This document shows positions 1 through 12,195 of a stretch of DNA of 64,000 nucleotides, one piece after another. Made by a program: the position numbers and the translations under genes. Position 1 is the first letter of the stretch, and each line of letters begins with the position of its first letter. Under the pieces are notes generated by a model. That model saw nothing but the letters and a program-made list of their open reading frames with translations. It was not told where the DNA came from and did no database searches. This stretch comes from an uncultured delta proteobacterium (GTDB lineage Bacteria > Desulfobacterota > Binatia > UBA9968), in NCBI GenBank assembly GCA_963771465.1, contig CAVYTU010000014.1:480001-544000 (forward strand), in the 5' to 3' direction.

Positions 1-2182
1 ACTCGTCCATATTGGTACGTTTGCCGAAGCCGCCGTCAGCCACAGTGAGCACATCGAAGCCACGCGTGAGAATCTCCATGCTCACGACGTGATCGCCTTC
101 GTCGAGACGCATGCCGACGACGCCGAAGGTGCCGCGCCCGGTCGCGCGAACCTGTTCTTCTTTGAAACGAATCGACTGCCCTTCCGCCGTCGAGAGAATC
201 AATTCCTGTTGGCCGTCGGTAAGACGCACGTCGATGACTTCATCGCCGTCTTCCAATCCGATGGCGCGAATGCCGCTCAGCCGCGGGTTGGAGTAAGCCA
301 TCAGTTCGGTTTTCTTGATCAAGCCGTTCTTGGTCGCGAAAATGATATAGCGCCCTTCTTGAAACTCCCGGACGGTGAGAAACGCTGAAACCTTTTCGCC
401 AGGCTCAAGGTTGAGCAAATTAACGATCGGCCGGCCGCGCGCGGCCCGGCTCGCCTGCGGCAGCTCGTGAACTTTGATCCAGTAAACCTTTCCGACGGTC
501 GTGAAGAAGAGAATATAGGAGTGCATCGAGGCGATGAACAGATATTCGACGAAATCCTCTTCTCGGGTCGTCGTGCCGATCTTGCCTTTGCCGCCGCGCC
601 GCTGCGCCCGGTAAAGCGAAACGGCGTTGCGCTTGATATATCCTTCATGGGAGATCGTCACCGCCATGTCTTCGTCGACGATCATGTCCTCGATGGAGAT
701 CTCATCGGTGTGATCGACGATCTGCGTGCGCCGCTCATCGCCGTATTTTTCCTTGACCTCCTTAAGCTCATCGACGACGATCCTGTAAATCTCCCGTTCG
801 TCGGCGAGAATCGCGCGGAACTTGGCGATCAGTTCCACCGTCTCGCGGTGCTCTTCCATGATCTTGTCGCGCTCCAAGCCGGTCAAACGCTGCAAGCGGA
901 GATCCAAAATCGCCTGGGCTTGAATTTCGCTCAGACCGAAGTTCGTCATCAAGCCTTCCCTGGCGACGCGCGGTTCGGAGGAACCGCGGATCAAGGCGAT
1001 CACCGCGTCGAGATTGTCCAGCGCGATGCGATAGCCTTCTAAAATATGCAGCCGCTCCTCGGCCTTACGCAGGTCGTAGGCCGTGCGCCGCGTGATGACT
1101 TCTTTACGGTGATCGAGGAAACACTTGAGCGCTTCTTTGAGGTTGAGCAATTTCGGCCTGCCATCGACGATGGCGAGCAGGTTGATGCCGAAGGATTCTT
1201 GCAGCGCGGTGTGCTTGTAGAGCTGGTTGATAATGATTTCCGCCACCGCGTCGCGCTTGAGCTCGACAACGATGCGCATTCCTTCGCGATCCGATTCGTC
1301 TCGCAAGTCGCCAATCCCTTCGACCTTTTTCTCCTGTACCAGCGCGGCGATCTGTTCGATCAGCTTCACCTTGTTCACTTGATAAGGGATCTCGCTGATG
1401 ATGATCTGTTCTTTACCGGTGCGCTTGAGCGTTTCCGTGAAGGCCTTGCCGCGCATTTGAATGATCCCTTTGCCTTCATGGTAGGCTTGGATGATCGGCT
1501 CGCGGCCGTGAATGAAACCGGCTGTCGGAAAATCGGGGCCGGGAATATGGCGCATCAATTGTTTGACGGTAATCTCCGGATTGCTGACCAGCGCCACCAA
1601 AGCGTCGATCACCTCGTTCAAATTATGCGGCGGAATATTGGTCGCCATACCGACGGCAATACCGGCGGAACCGTTGATCAGCAAATTGGGAATGCGCGAT
1701 GGCAGCACCGCCGGCTCTTTGAGCGTGTCGTCGTAGTTGGCGGTGAAGTCGACGGTTTCCTTTTCAATGTCGGCGAGCATCTCCTCGGCCAGCGGCGTCA
1801 TGCGGATCTCGGTGTAACGCATCGCCGCGGGATTATCGCCGTCGATGGAGCCGAAGTTTCCCTGGCCGTCGACCAGCGGGTAGCGCAGGTTGAAACTCTG
1901 CGCCATGCGCACGATCGTATCGTAGATCGCCGTATCGCCATGGGGATGATACTTACCCATAATATCGCCGACCAGACGGGCGGATTTTTTATACGGCCGG
2001 TCCGACGTGTTGCTCGCGTCGTACATGGCGTAGAGCACCCGGCGGTGCACCGGCTTCAAGCCGTCGCGCACGTCGGGCAGAGCGCGGCTGATGATCACGC
2101 TCATGGCGTAGGCCATGAACGACTCGCGCATCTCTTCTTCGATATAGACGGGAACCTTTTGCGACTTAAAGCCTGCTTCCAT
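1..2182 (-). CDS. gyrA: DNA gyrase subunit A (3' end beyond window)
   Basis: Not in ORF track. Manual minus-strand translation from ATG 2182 gives MEAGFKSQKVPVYIEEEMRESFMAYAMSVIISRALPDVRDGLKPVHRRVLY...GKYHPHGD; directly downstream of gyrB. Confidence 0.96.
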   Translation of the reverse strand, partial: MEAGFKSQKVPVYIEEEMRESFMAYAMSVIISRALPDVRDGLKPVHRRVLYAMYDASNTSDRPYKKSARLVGDIMGKYHPHGDTAIYDTIVRMAQSFNLRYPLVDGQGNFGSIDGDNPAAMRYTEIRMTPLAEEMLADIEKETVDFTANYDDTLKEPAVLPSRIPNLLINGSAGIAVGMATNIPPHNLNEVIDALVALVSNPEITVKQLMRHIPGPDFPTAGFIHGREPIIQAYHEGKGIIQMRGKAFTETLKRTGKEQIIISEIPYQVNKVKLIEQIAALVQEKKVEGIGDLRDESDREGMRIVVELKRDAVAEIIINQLYKHTALQESFGINLLAIVDGRPKLLNLKEALKCFLDHRKEVITRRTAYDLRKAEERLHILEGYRIALDNLDAVIALIRGSSEPRVAREGLMTNFGLSEIQAQAILDLRLQRLTGLERDKIMEEHRETVELIAKFRAILADEREIYRIVVDELKEVKEKYGDERRTQIVDHTDEISIEDMIVDEDMAVTISHEGYIKRNAVSLYRAQRRGGKGKIGTTTREEDFVEYLFIASMHSYILFFTTVGKVYWIKVHELPQASRAARGRPIVNLLNLEPGEKVSAFLTVREFQEGRYIIFATKNGLIKKTELMAYSNPRLSGIRAIGLEDGDEVIDVRLTDGQQELILSTAEGQSIRFKEEQVRATGRGTFGVVGMRLDEGDHVVSMEILTRGFDVLTVADGGFGKRTNMDE

Positions 2183-2274
2183 GAATCACCTACGGGGTAA
2201 AAATTGCTAGAAAGAATGCCGCACTCAAACGGCCCAACGGTTAAAACGACTTGAACGGCGTGATTTGTTGCCGA

Positions 2275-4752
<2,478 letters not shown>

Positions 4753-4946
4753 TTAGGAAGTTTTTCAGCTGCCAAAGATAGTACCGGAAAGCGTGCCAAA
4801 AGTAAAGCGATAAGTTTCCTCTAAATGTTTGAATTTGAAGGAAAAATTTTAAATTTTTGGGGTGAATTTGGAAAATCTCGCAAATCCCCTCTCTCACCCC
4901 TTCTTTCGGTTGACACGCCGCCGGCTTCTGAGGGAAAAGAATTGCC

Positions 4947-5653
4947 ATGCAAAATCTCCTTGCGGCGATCAAATACTTCACCATTTGGGGCCGTATCACT
5001 AGCGCCAAACCAACTGCCGAAGCCATCGGCAGCGCCGCAATTTATTTTCCTTTGATCGGATTCACCTTAGGATTGTTGCTCGCGCTAATTCAGTACGGGT
5101 TGGGTCTTTATCTCGACTCTTCCATTCTCAGCATTTTGCTGGTCGCTGCACTCTTGCTTGCCAGTGGCGGTTGCCATCTCGAGGGCACGAGAAATACTTT
5201 CGCCGCGCTTTGCGCCGAGCCTGCTTCCGCCAATCGCTGCAGGATAATTTTTGGGGAATTGTCGCAATCGTTTTTCTGATGCTGTTCAAGATCCGCGCCA
5301 TCGACGTGATCAATGACAAACTCACTGTGAGTTTACTCCTGACGCCTGTTTTGGCCCGCTGGGCGCTGGTGCTTTTCATTTACGGCTACCATGACCGCTG
5401 CGAGGAAATCCCACGGCGCATCGCCGAGAATGTTCGCGTCTGGCATCTACTCGCGAGCACACTCGCGAGTCTGGGTCTGGCATATTACTTATTGGGTCGC
5501 AAAGGACTCTGGATCGGCCTCGCTTTGTCGATCATGACGCTATTGGTAAGAAGTTTTTTACATCGCCGCCATGCGGTTCTTAGCCACGACAACTTCGGCG
5601 CGGTCATCGAGCTCGACGAAATGCTTTGCTTAATCTTGTTAGCTTCGCTTTGA
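4947..5653 (+). CDS. cobS: Cobalamin synthase CobS-like membrane protein (frameshift near 5230)
   Basis: Two overlapping ORFs (4947-5279, 5171-5653): AAIKYFT..YFPLIG..GGCHLEG, and C-terminal HDNFGAVIEL (cf. GDxxGAxxE of CobS). B12 gene context. Confidence 0.75.
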
Positions 5654-5676
5654 TATGGTTATGTCTGCCTCACTCC

Positions 5677-6552
5677 ATGGATGTGTTTAGAGCGCTTTCC
5701 CCTGTTGTTCCGGTGTTTCTGCTGATCGCCGCCGGTTTCACTTTCGCCCACTGGAAAAAAATCAGCCTCGCCTCGGTGACCGAAATTATCGTCTATTTGG
5801 GAACGCCGTCGTTAGTATTCAGCTCGCTTGCGAGTAAACCGCTTTACCCTGGAGATTTGGCGGTACTGGCGAGCGGCATTATCGCTATATTCGCCGGCGT
5901 TGGGCTTTTGGTCCGCATTTATTTCCTGATTTTCCGCTTTCACTCGCGCGGCTTTGCTCTGCCCACACTATTTATGAACGCCGGCAACATGGGAATTCCG
6001 TTGGCGTTCTTCGCATTCCACGAAGCCGGCTTGCAGCGCGCCACGCTGTTGTTCGTCATCTGCACGTTTCTCCAGTATTCACTGGGAATTTATATCCTGC
6101 AGGGGCGCGGCAATTGGACGGAAATCTTTCGTCTGCCGCTGATCTACGCGACACTCGGCGGTCTGGCGTTTAATTTGCTGCAGATCAAACTGCCCGAGCT
6201 ATTGTTGCAGCCGATCGTGATGCTCGGCCAAGCGACGATTCCGATCATGTTGATCAGTCTCGGTTACCGGCTCCACGAAGTCGAATCGCTGCAATGGGGC
6301 CACGCGCTTGGCGGCGCGCTGGTGCGCATCTTTGGCGGCTTCGCCGTCGCCAACGTTGCAGTCATGGTAATCGGTGCCCAAGGCGTCAACCGTCAAGTTT
6401 TATTGCTCTACGGCGCGCTACCGGCAGCAGTGATCAACTTCATTTTGACGGAAAAATATCGCCAAGATCCCGGCCTCGCCGCTTCCATCGTCGTGCTCAG
6501 CACTTTGATTTCGGTTCTGACTATTCCCATCGTCTTCTGGTTGATCCTTTAA
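5677..6552 (+). CDS. AEC (auxin efflux carrier) family transporter
   Basis: About 10 TM segments; PSLVFSSL, NAGNMGIP, LPAAV and ASIVVLSTLIS motifs. Confidence 0.85.
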   Translation: MDVFRALSPVVPVFLLIAAGFTFAHWKKISLASVTEIIVYLGTPSLVFSSLASKPLYPGDLAVLASGIIAIFAGVGLLVRIYFLIFRFHSRGFALPTLFMNAGNMGIPLAFFAFHEAGLQRATLLFVICTFLQYSLGIYILQGRGNWTEIFRLPLIYATLGGLAFNLLQIKLPELLLQPIVMLGQATIPIMLISLGYRLHEVESLQWGHALGGALVRIFGGFAVANVAVMVIGAQGVNRQVLLLYGALPAAVINFILTEKYRQDPGLAASIVVLSTLISVLTIPIVFWLIL

Positions 6553-6597
6553 CAATATTTAGTGTTGACAAGAAAATTTCGCTACTATATATAGACG
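6550..6597 (+). promoter_or_regulatory. Tandem NrdR boxes overlapping a sigma70-type promoter of nrdAB
   Basis: TAACAATATTTAGTGT (6550-6565) and CTACTATATATAGACG (6582-6597) match acaCwAtATaTwGtgt, 32 bp apart. TTGACA at 6565-6570 and TATATA 17 bp downstream. Confidence 0.85.
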
Positions 6598-6600
6598 TGC

Positions 6601-6790
6601 AGCTGTCGGTACGCTTTGTTTCAAAGCGTTGAAAAAGGGAACCCGGTGCGAATCCGGGACTGCCCCGCAGCGGTAAGTAGGAACGAAAGCCGTCATAAGC
6701 ACTGACTCTCTCATGAGTTGGGAAGCGACGGCGAGTAGAAAGCAGCCTAAAAAGGCTAAAGGCCTACAAGTCCGAAGACCTGCCGACGGT
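6601..6790 (+). ncRNA. Cobalamin riboswitch (upstream of nrdAB)
   Basis: AAAAGGGAACCCGGTGCGAATCCGGGACTGCCCCGCAGCGGT ... GCACTG ... GGGAAG ... AAGTCCGAAGACCTGCC (B12 box). Confidence 0.95.
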
Positions 6791-7038
6791 CCGTGCAACC
6801 GCACGGAACATGACCCGGGCCTCCGTGGGGAGAGACGCGGGAAGCAACGCTACCAAGTCTTACATCCGAGGTAGTTTCTTCTCTCTCTGTGTTTCCCCCT
6901 AAGGATCGTCCGCGCCGCGCCCGAGAGGGGGCGGAGTCGGCCAGTTTGTGTTTTGTCATCAGGACAAAATGACATTGAGCGCTCTTCCTTCCCGGTCGTA
7001 TCCATCGATCGCAACCCGAACCTAGAGAGGAGATTCAG

Positions 7039-9450
7039 ATGACACTAGCCTTACTCAGTAATCCCAACCTAACAACCGCCGAAGAAATCGAGCGGCAGCA
7101 TTTACACTTACACGCGCCGAACGATCGAGAACTGCACGTGACCATGCGCGTGCAAAAACGCAACGGTTCCTTTGAGCCCGTCGACGTCAACAAAATTGTT
7201 CGCGCCGTCGCCCGTTGCTCCGTCGGTCTGACACATATCGATCCGCTGAAGATCGCCACCAAAACCATCGGCGGGCTCTATGACGGCGCCACGACTAAAG
7301 AGCTCGACACGCTGTCAATTCAAACCGCGGCGCAGCTGATCGCCGAAGAGACGGAATACTCGAAGCTGGCAGCGCGCCTGCTTGCCACGTTTATTGATAA
7401 AGAAATCGCCAACCAAGATATCCACTCCTTTTCTCAATCGATCGCCGCGGGCTTGCGTACAGGACTGATCGCCGATCGAACCGCGGCTTTCGTCACCGCC
7501 AACTCGCGCAAGCTCAACGACGTGATCGAAGCAAAGCGCAACGAGCTCTTCGAGTACTTCGGCTTGCGCACGCTTTATGACCGCTATCTCCTGCGCGATC
7601 CGCAGTCGCGCCAAGTGATCGAGACGCCGCAATACTTTTTCATGCGTGTCGCCTGCGGTCTGGCCGAAAGCGTCGCCGACGCGTTAGAATTTTATAACCT
7701 GCTATCGTCGTTCGAATACATGGTGAGCTCGCCGACGTTGTTTAATTCCGGCACGCGCCATCCGCAGATGTCCTCTTGTTATCTGCTCGACTCGCCGCGT
7801 GACAATCTCGAGGCGATTTACGGCCGCTATACCGACGTCGCCAAGCTGTCAAAATTCTCCGGCGGCATCGGCCTCGCGTATCATCGAATACGCTCGCGCG
7901 GCTCGCTCATCCAGAGCACCAACGGCCTGTCCAATGGCATCGTTCCCTGGCTCAAGACGCTCGACTCGTCGGTCGCGGCGGTGAATCAAGGCGGTAAACG
8001 GCAAGGCGCTTGTTGCAGCTATCTGGAAACCTGGCACGCCGATATCGAAGAGTTTTTGGAGCTACGCGACAATACTGGCGACAGTGCTCGGCGCACTCAT
8101 AACTTGAATCTCGCCAACTGGGTGCCCGATCTTTTCATGAAGCGGGTCGAAGAAGACGGCCTTTGGTCGCTCTTCGATCCCAAGGTGGTGCCGCAATTTC
8201 CCGATCTCTACGGCGAAGCGTTCGAGGCCGCCTATCTCGAAGCAGAAGCCAATGCAATTTATGCGCGCCAAGTGAAAGCCCGAGATCTTTACCTCCGCAT
8301 GATGAAGACCCTCGCCGAAACGGGAAATGGCTGGATCACGTTCAAAGATATCTGCAACGCCCGCGCCAATCAGACCGGCAAGCCGGGAAGAACGGTGCAC
8401 TCGTCCAATCTCTGCACGGAAATCGTCGAGATAACTTCGGACTCCGAGACCGCTGTCTGCAACTTGGGATCGATCAATCTCGCCAAATACGTAAACGGCG
8501 AGGGCTTCGACTTCGACAAGCTCGCAGCCAACGTACACATCGCGGTCAAATATCTCGATCGGGTCATCGATATCAATTTCTATCCGACCGCTGAAACCGC
8601 CGCATCAAACCAACGCTGGCGGCCGGTGGGCTTAGGCATCATGGGGCTGCAAGATGTCTTTTTTCAGCTACGCCTGCCGTTCGACGCGCTGGAAGCACGC
8701 GAACTGTCAAAGACAATCCAGGAAGAAATTTATTTTCACGCCCTGTCGGCGTCGTGCGATCTCGCCGCCGCCCTCGGCCGGCATTCCGATTTCGATGATA
8801 CCCGGGTGGCCCAAGGAACTTTTCAATTCGATCTGTGGGGTGCCACTCCCGAAAACCGACAACGCTGGGACGAGTTGCGTCAACGTATGGCCGAAAGCGG
8901 CCTGAGAAACTCGTTGCTGATCGCCATCGCCCCTACCGCGACCATCGGCTCCATCGTCGGATCCTACGAATCCATCGAGCCGGCAGTCTCCAATCTATTC
9001 AAGCGCGAAACTCTTTCCGGCGAATTTCTTCAGGTCAACCGCTATCTCGCCGCGGAACTAAAAAGCTTAGGACTTTGGACCGAAGAAATCCGCGCCAAGA
9101 TCAAGATCGCCGAGGGCTCGATCCAAAACATCGAGGAGATTCCAGCGGAGATAAGAGCGATTTATCGCACCGCGTGGGAGGTTCCCATGCGTTCGCTCAT
9201 CGACATGGCGGCGGATCGCGGCGCGTTTATCGATCAAAGCCAGTCGCTGAACCTGTTCATGGAAAGTCCGTCCATCAACAAACTCTCCTCCATGTACATG
9301 TACGCCTGGAAAAAAGGACTGAAGACGACTTATTACCTGCGCTCGCGGCCGGCCACGCGCATCGCCAAAGCTACGGTCGCAGCCGCACCGGATGAAGTAG
9401 TTCTCGCCTGCGCGCTGGAAAATCCCGCTTCCTGCGAAGCGTGTCAATAA
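7039..9450 (+). CDS. nrdA: Class I ribonucleoside-diphosphate reductase alpha subunit with ATP-cone
   Basis: VQKRNG ATP-cone, SPTLFNSG, SSCYL, SNLCTEI, APTATI, LKTTYYLR and C-terminal CEAC. Confidence 0.96.
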   Translation: MTLALLSNPNLTTAEEIERQHLHLHAPNDRELHVTMRVQKRNGSFEPVDVNKIVRAVARCSVGLTHIDPLKIATKTIGGLYDGATTKELDTLSIQTAAQLIAEETEYSKLAARLLATFIDKEIANQDIHSFSQSIAAGLRTGLIADRTAAFVTANSRKLNDVIEAKRNELFEYFGLRTLYDRYLLRDPQSRQVIETPQYFFMRVACGLAESVADALEFYNLLSSFEYMVSSPTLFNSGTRHPQMSSCYLLDSPRDNLEAIYGRYTDVAKLSKFSGGIGLAYHRIRSRGSLIQSTNGLSNGIVPWLKTLDSSVAAVNQGGKRQGACCSYLETWHADIEEFLELRDNTGDSARRTHNLNLANWVPDLFMKRVEEDGLWSLFDPKVVPQFPDLYGEAFEAAYLEAEANAIYARQVKARDLYLRMMKTLAETGNGWITFKDICNARANQTGKPGRTVHSSNLCTEIVEITSDSETAVCNLGSINLAKYVNGEGFDFDKLAANVHIAVKYLDRVIDINFYPTAETAASNQRWRPVGLGIMGLQDVFFQLRLPFDALEARELSKTIQEEIYFHALSASCDLAAALGRHSDFDDTRVAQGTFQFDLWGATPENRQRWDELRQRMAESGLRNSLLIAIAPTATIGSIVGSYESIEPAVSNLFKRETLSGEFLQVNRYLAAELKSLGLWTEEIRAKIKIAEGSIQNIEEIPAEIRAIYRTAWEVPMRSLIDMAADRGAFIDQSQSLNLFMESPSINKLSSMYMYAWKKGLKTTYYLRSRPATRIAKATVAAAPDEVVLACALENPASCEACQ

Positions 9451-9470
9451 TACGGAAAGGTAAGAACGCC

Positions 9471-10475
9471 ATGATATTGGACCCCGGCTTTTCTCTCACC
9501 CTGCGGCCGATGAAATACCCGGTCTTCTTCGATATGTACAAGACCGCCATCAAAAACAGCTGGACCGTAGAAGAGGTGGACTTCGCCACCGACATCACCG
9601 ATCTCGCCACTCGGATGAGTCCGGCGGAGCGCCACTTGATCCATCGTCTGGTGGCTTTCTTCGCCACCGGCGATTCGATCGTTTCCAACAATCTCGTGCT
9701 CAACCTTTATAAGCACGTCAACTCGCCCGAGGCGCGCGTCTACCTCTCGCGCCAACTTTTCGAAGAAGCGCTGCACGTCGAATTTTATTTGACGCTGTTG
9801 GATACCTACATTGCCGATCTAGGCGAGCGCGCAAAGGCCTTCGCCGCGATCCAAAACATCCCCTCGATCCGCCGAAAAGCCGATTTCTGCTTTCAATGGA
9901 TCGACTCGATTCACCGCATGAATGAAACTCGTACCCAGGAAGATCGCCGCAGTTTCCTGTTAAACCTGATCTGTTTTGCCGCTTGCATCGAAGGTTTATT
10001 TTTCTTCGCCGCCTTCGCTTACGTCTACTTCCTGCGTTCCAAAGGATTGCTTAACGGGCTGGCCGCCGGAACCAACTGGGTCTTCCGCGACGAGAGCGCG
10101 CACATCGCCTTTGCCTTCGAAGTCATCGCCACGATCCGCCGCGAAGAGGCTGAGCTTTTCGATGCCGAACTGGAGCGCCGAGTAGCGCTCATGATGGAAC
10201 AAGCCATCGAGTGCGAGATGAGCTTTGCCGAGGATCTCTTAAGCCAAGGCGTCGCCGGCCTGTCGTTACGGGATATGCGCGCCTATCTCGAATTCATCGC
10301 CGATCAGCGCCTCGCGGCGTTGCGAATGCCGCAGCTCTTCGGCGCGAGAAATCCCTTTTCGTTCATGAATCTGCAAGACGTGCAGGAGCTGACCAACTTC
10401 TTCGAGCGGCGCGCCTCAGCCTATCAGGTCGGCATCAACGGCGCAGGTCGCCTTCGGCGAGGAGTTTTGAATTGA
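9471..10475 (+). CDS. nrdB: Class Ia ribonucleotide reductase beta (R2) subunit; probable frameshift in last codons
   Basis: FFATGDSIV, EEALHVEFY (radical Tyr), IEGLFF, RDESAH, NFFERR. An alternative frame ends VAFGEEF* at 10470, a typical aromatic R2 tail. Confidence 0.95.
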   Translation: MILDPGFSLTLRPMKYPVFFDMYKTAIKNSWTVEEVDFATDITDLATRMSPAERHLIHRLVAFFATGDSIVSNNLVLNLYKHVNSPEARVYLSRQLFEEALHVEFYLTLLDTYIADLGERAKAFAAIQNIPSIRRKADFCFQWIDSIHRMNETRTQEDRRSFLLNLICFAACIEGLFFFAAFAYVYFLRSKGLLNGLAAGTNWVFRDESAHIAFAFEVIATIRREEAELFDAELERRVALMMEQAIECEMSFAEDLLSQGVAGLSLRDMRAYLEFIADQRLAALRMPQLFGARNPFSFMNLQDVQELTNFFERRASAYQVGINGAGRLRRGVLN

Positions 10476-10517
10476 AGAAAGTCGTGGCGATCTTTCACAG
10501 CATCGCGGAGGTTAATT

Positions 10518-10766
10518 ATGAAAAAATCACACGTCGATCCACGCCGCTGTCCGTTCTGCGGCGACCGTAACGCGTGCGGCGTAGCCGCGGGCGAGAAACA
10601 ATGCTGGTGCTTCTGCCAACCTGTGCCGCAGGGAGTGTTGCAAAGACTTCCGGTGCAAGCGCGCGGCGTCGCTTGCGTGTGCCACGCCTGCGCGACAAGT
10701 CAAAACGCTCTGGAAAGAGCTTTGGGGCGGAAGGCCGAAGTTACTGCGGCACGTTTAAGGTCGTGA
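10518..10766 (+). CDS. Cysteine-rich CWC family protein
   Basis: CPFCGDRNACG...CWC...CVCHAC pattern; RBS GGAGG upstream. Confidence 0.8.
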   Translation: MKKSHVDPRRCPFCGDRNACGVAAGEKQCWCFCQPVPQGVLQRLPVQARGVACVCHACATSQNALERALGRKAEVTAARLRS

Positions 10767-10809
10767 AGCTCTGATCGTTCGAATTCGCGGCATTGAAGCA
10801 CGCGAAGAC

Positions 10810-10836
10810 TTGACAGCGATTTTCTCGCGTTATAAT
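10810..10836 (+). promoter_or_regulatory. Sigma70-type promoter for riboswitch-tonB-btu unit
   Basis: TTGACA (10810) and TATAAT (10831); the spacer is only 15 bp, possibly an indel error. Confidence 0.55.
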
Positions 10837-10855
10837 TTCCGCCTACATTATTCTT

Positions 10856-11014
10856 TGCTCTAGGGCCACAGGGAAGTCCGGTGTGAAGCCGGCGCGGTCC
10901 CGCCACTGTGATGGCCACGAAAGCCGCAACCCAGCCACTGTCCCGAGCTAATCGCAAGGATGGGAAGGCGCGGCGAGTAGATAAAAGCCTAAGTCAGGAA
11001 ACCTACCTAGAGCA
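10856..11014 (+). ncRNA. Cobalamin riboswitch (upstream of tonB)
   Basis: AGGGAAGTCCGGTGTGAAGCCGGCGCGGTCCCGCCACTGT ... GCCACTG ... GGGAAGGCG ... AAGTCAGGAAACCT; P1 TGCTCTAGG/CCTAGAGCA. Confidence 0.93.
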
Positions 11015-11047
11015 TTATGACCGGCCTCTCCGGAGAAGAGAGAAAGG

Positions 11048-11879
11048 TTGCTCGATCTTTCCCGTCAATTCTTTTCGAGGCCAGACGCAGCGAATCTCAT
11101 GCGATTGGTCTCATTTTTTGTTATCTCCGTGAGTCTGCACGCCGCGGCACTGGTGTATCCGGTTTCATTTGGTCGTGCGCAGCCAGGAGCAGCCGATCGC
11201 GGTGACGATTCTGCCGATCGGATCGGAAGGCGGCGGCGCAGGCGGTCGACGCGGAAGTGGAAATCCACGGCTCCAGGCGATGAGCAAATCGCGTCGCGAT
11301 ACGCCCGGAGCCGCGAGCCAAGAATCGAACAGAAGTCGCTTACAATCCAGGGCCAGCGAGCATGGCGTATTGAAAGTCATTGCAACCGCCAGTACAGCAT
11401 CGTCGAGGTCTCGGCGATAACAAATTCAGCCGAAACCATCGTGGCGCTGATCTCCGGCTCCAGCAGACAATGATACGAACCGCTTCCACGAAGGCGTTCT
11501 GGCGAGGAACAGGCAACGGTAACGGCTTCGTCGACCGGCACTGGCTTAGGCGGGGCTACGGCAATGGATCAGGTTCATCGCGGAGCGGCAGCGCTGCTCG
11601 ACTCAAGCGCGCTATCGCGAAACGCCCAGGCCGGCATATCCGGACAGCGCTCGCCGCGATGGACGCGAAGGCCGAGTGCTGCTGCGCGTGCTGATCGACG
11701 ATCAAGGCCGGACCAAAGCAGTGGAGATCAACAGCAGCTCAGGCAGCGAAGCGCTCGACCGCGCCGCGGCTGAAGCGATAAAACGCTGGCGCTTTCATCC
11801 GGCCCGCGCTCGGCGACAAGCCGGTGGAAAGTTGGGTGCGCATACCCATCGAGTTTCGCTCGCAGATGTGAGAAATTAG
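11048..11879 (+). CDS. tonB: Energy transducer TonB (several frameshifts)
   Basis: N-terminal SVSLHAAAL TM helix, Gly-rich linker, and C-terminal PAYPDSARRDGREGRVLLRVLIDDQG..SSGSEALDRAAAEAIKRWRFHPA, spread over different frames. Confidence 0.85.
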
Positions 11880-11924
11880 CGAAACAGTCTTAAGGAGGTC
11901 GAAACCAGGCAAGTCTTATCAACC

Positions 11925-12160
11925 GCAGACGGATGCAAGGGAAAGGGGTGACTCGAAAGGCATGAAGGCAGAGGGCAAAAGGATGAATGAAAATTCATCC
12001 TTTATCGCCTTATCCTTTATCCTTCCCGAAAATCCCCTGCTGCCCCGCAACTGTAAGAGCTACGAAAGCTGCACCGAAGTAGCCACTGTCGGCGCGAGCG
12101 CTGATGGGAAGACGCAGCGAGTAGGTTTGATGCTCAAGCCAGGAGACCTATCCGTTCTGC
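11925..12160 (+). ncRNA. Cobalamin riboswitch (upstream of btuB-like gene) with ~78-nt insertion in P4 loop
   Basis: AGGGAAAGGGGTG-[insert]-AAATCCCCTGCTGCCCCGCAACTGT ... GCCACTG ... GGGAAGACG ... AAGCCAGGAGACCT; P1 CAGACGGA/TCCGTTCTG. Confidence 0.9.
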
Positions 12161-12195
12161 CCAAAATTCCCCTTTCGCGGGAGAAGGAGAGTTTC

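Noticed and set aside
89-2200. Long plus-strand ORFs (191 aa, 384 aa)
   Set aside because: Antisense shadows of gyrA, which the ORF track missed because it runs off the window.
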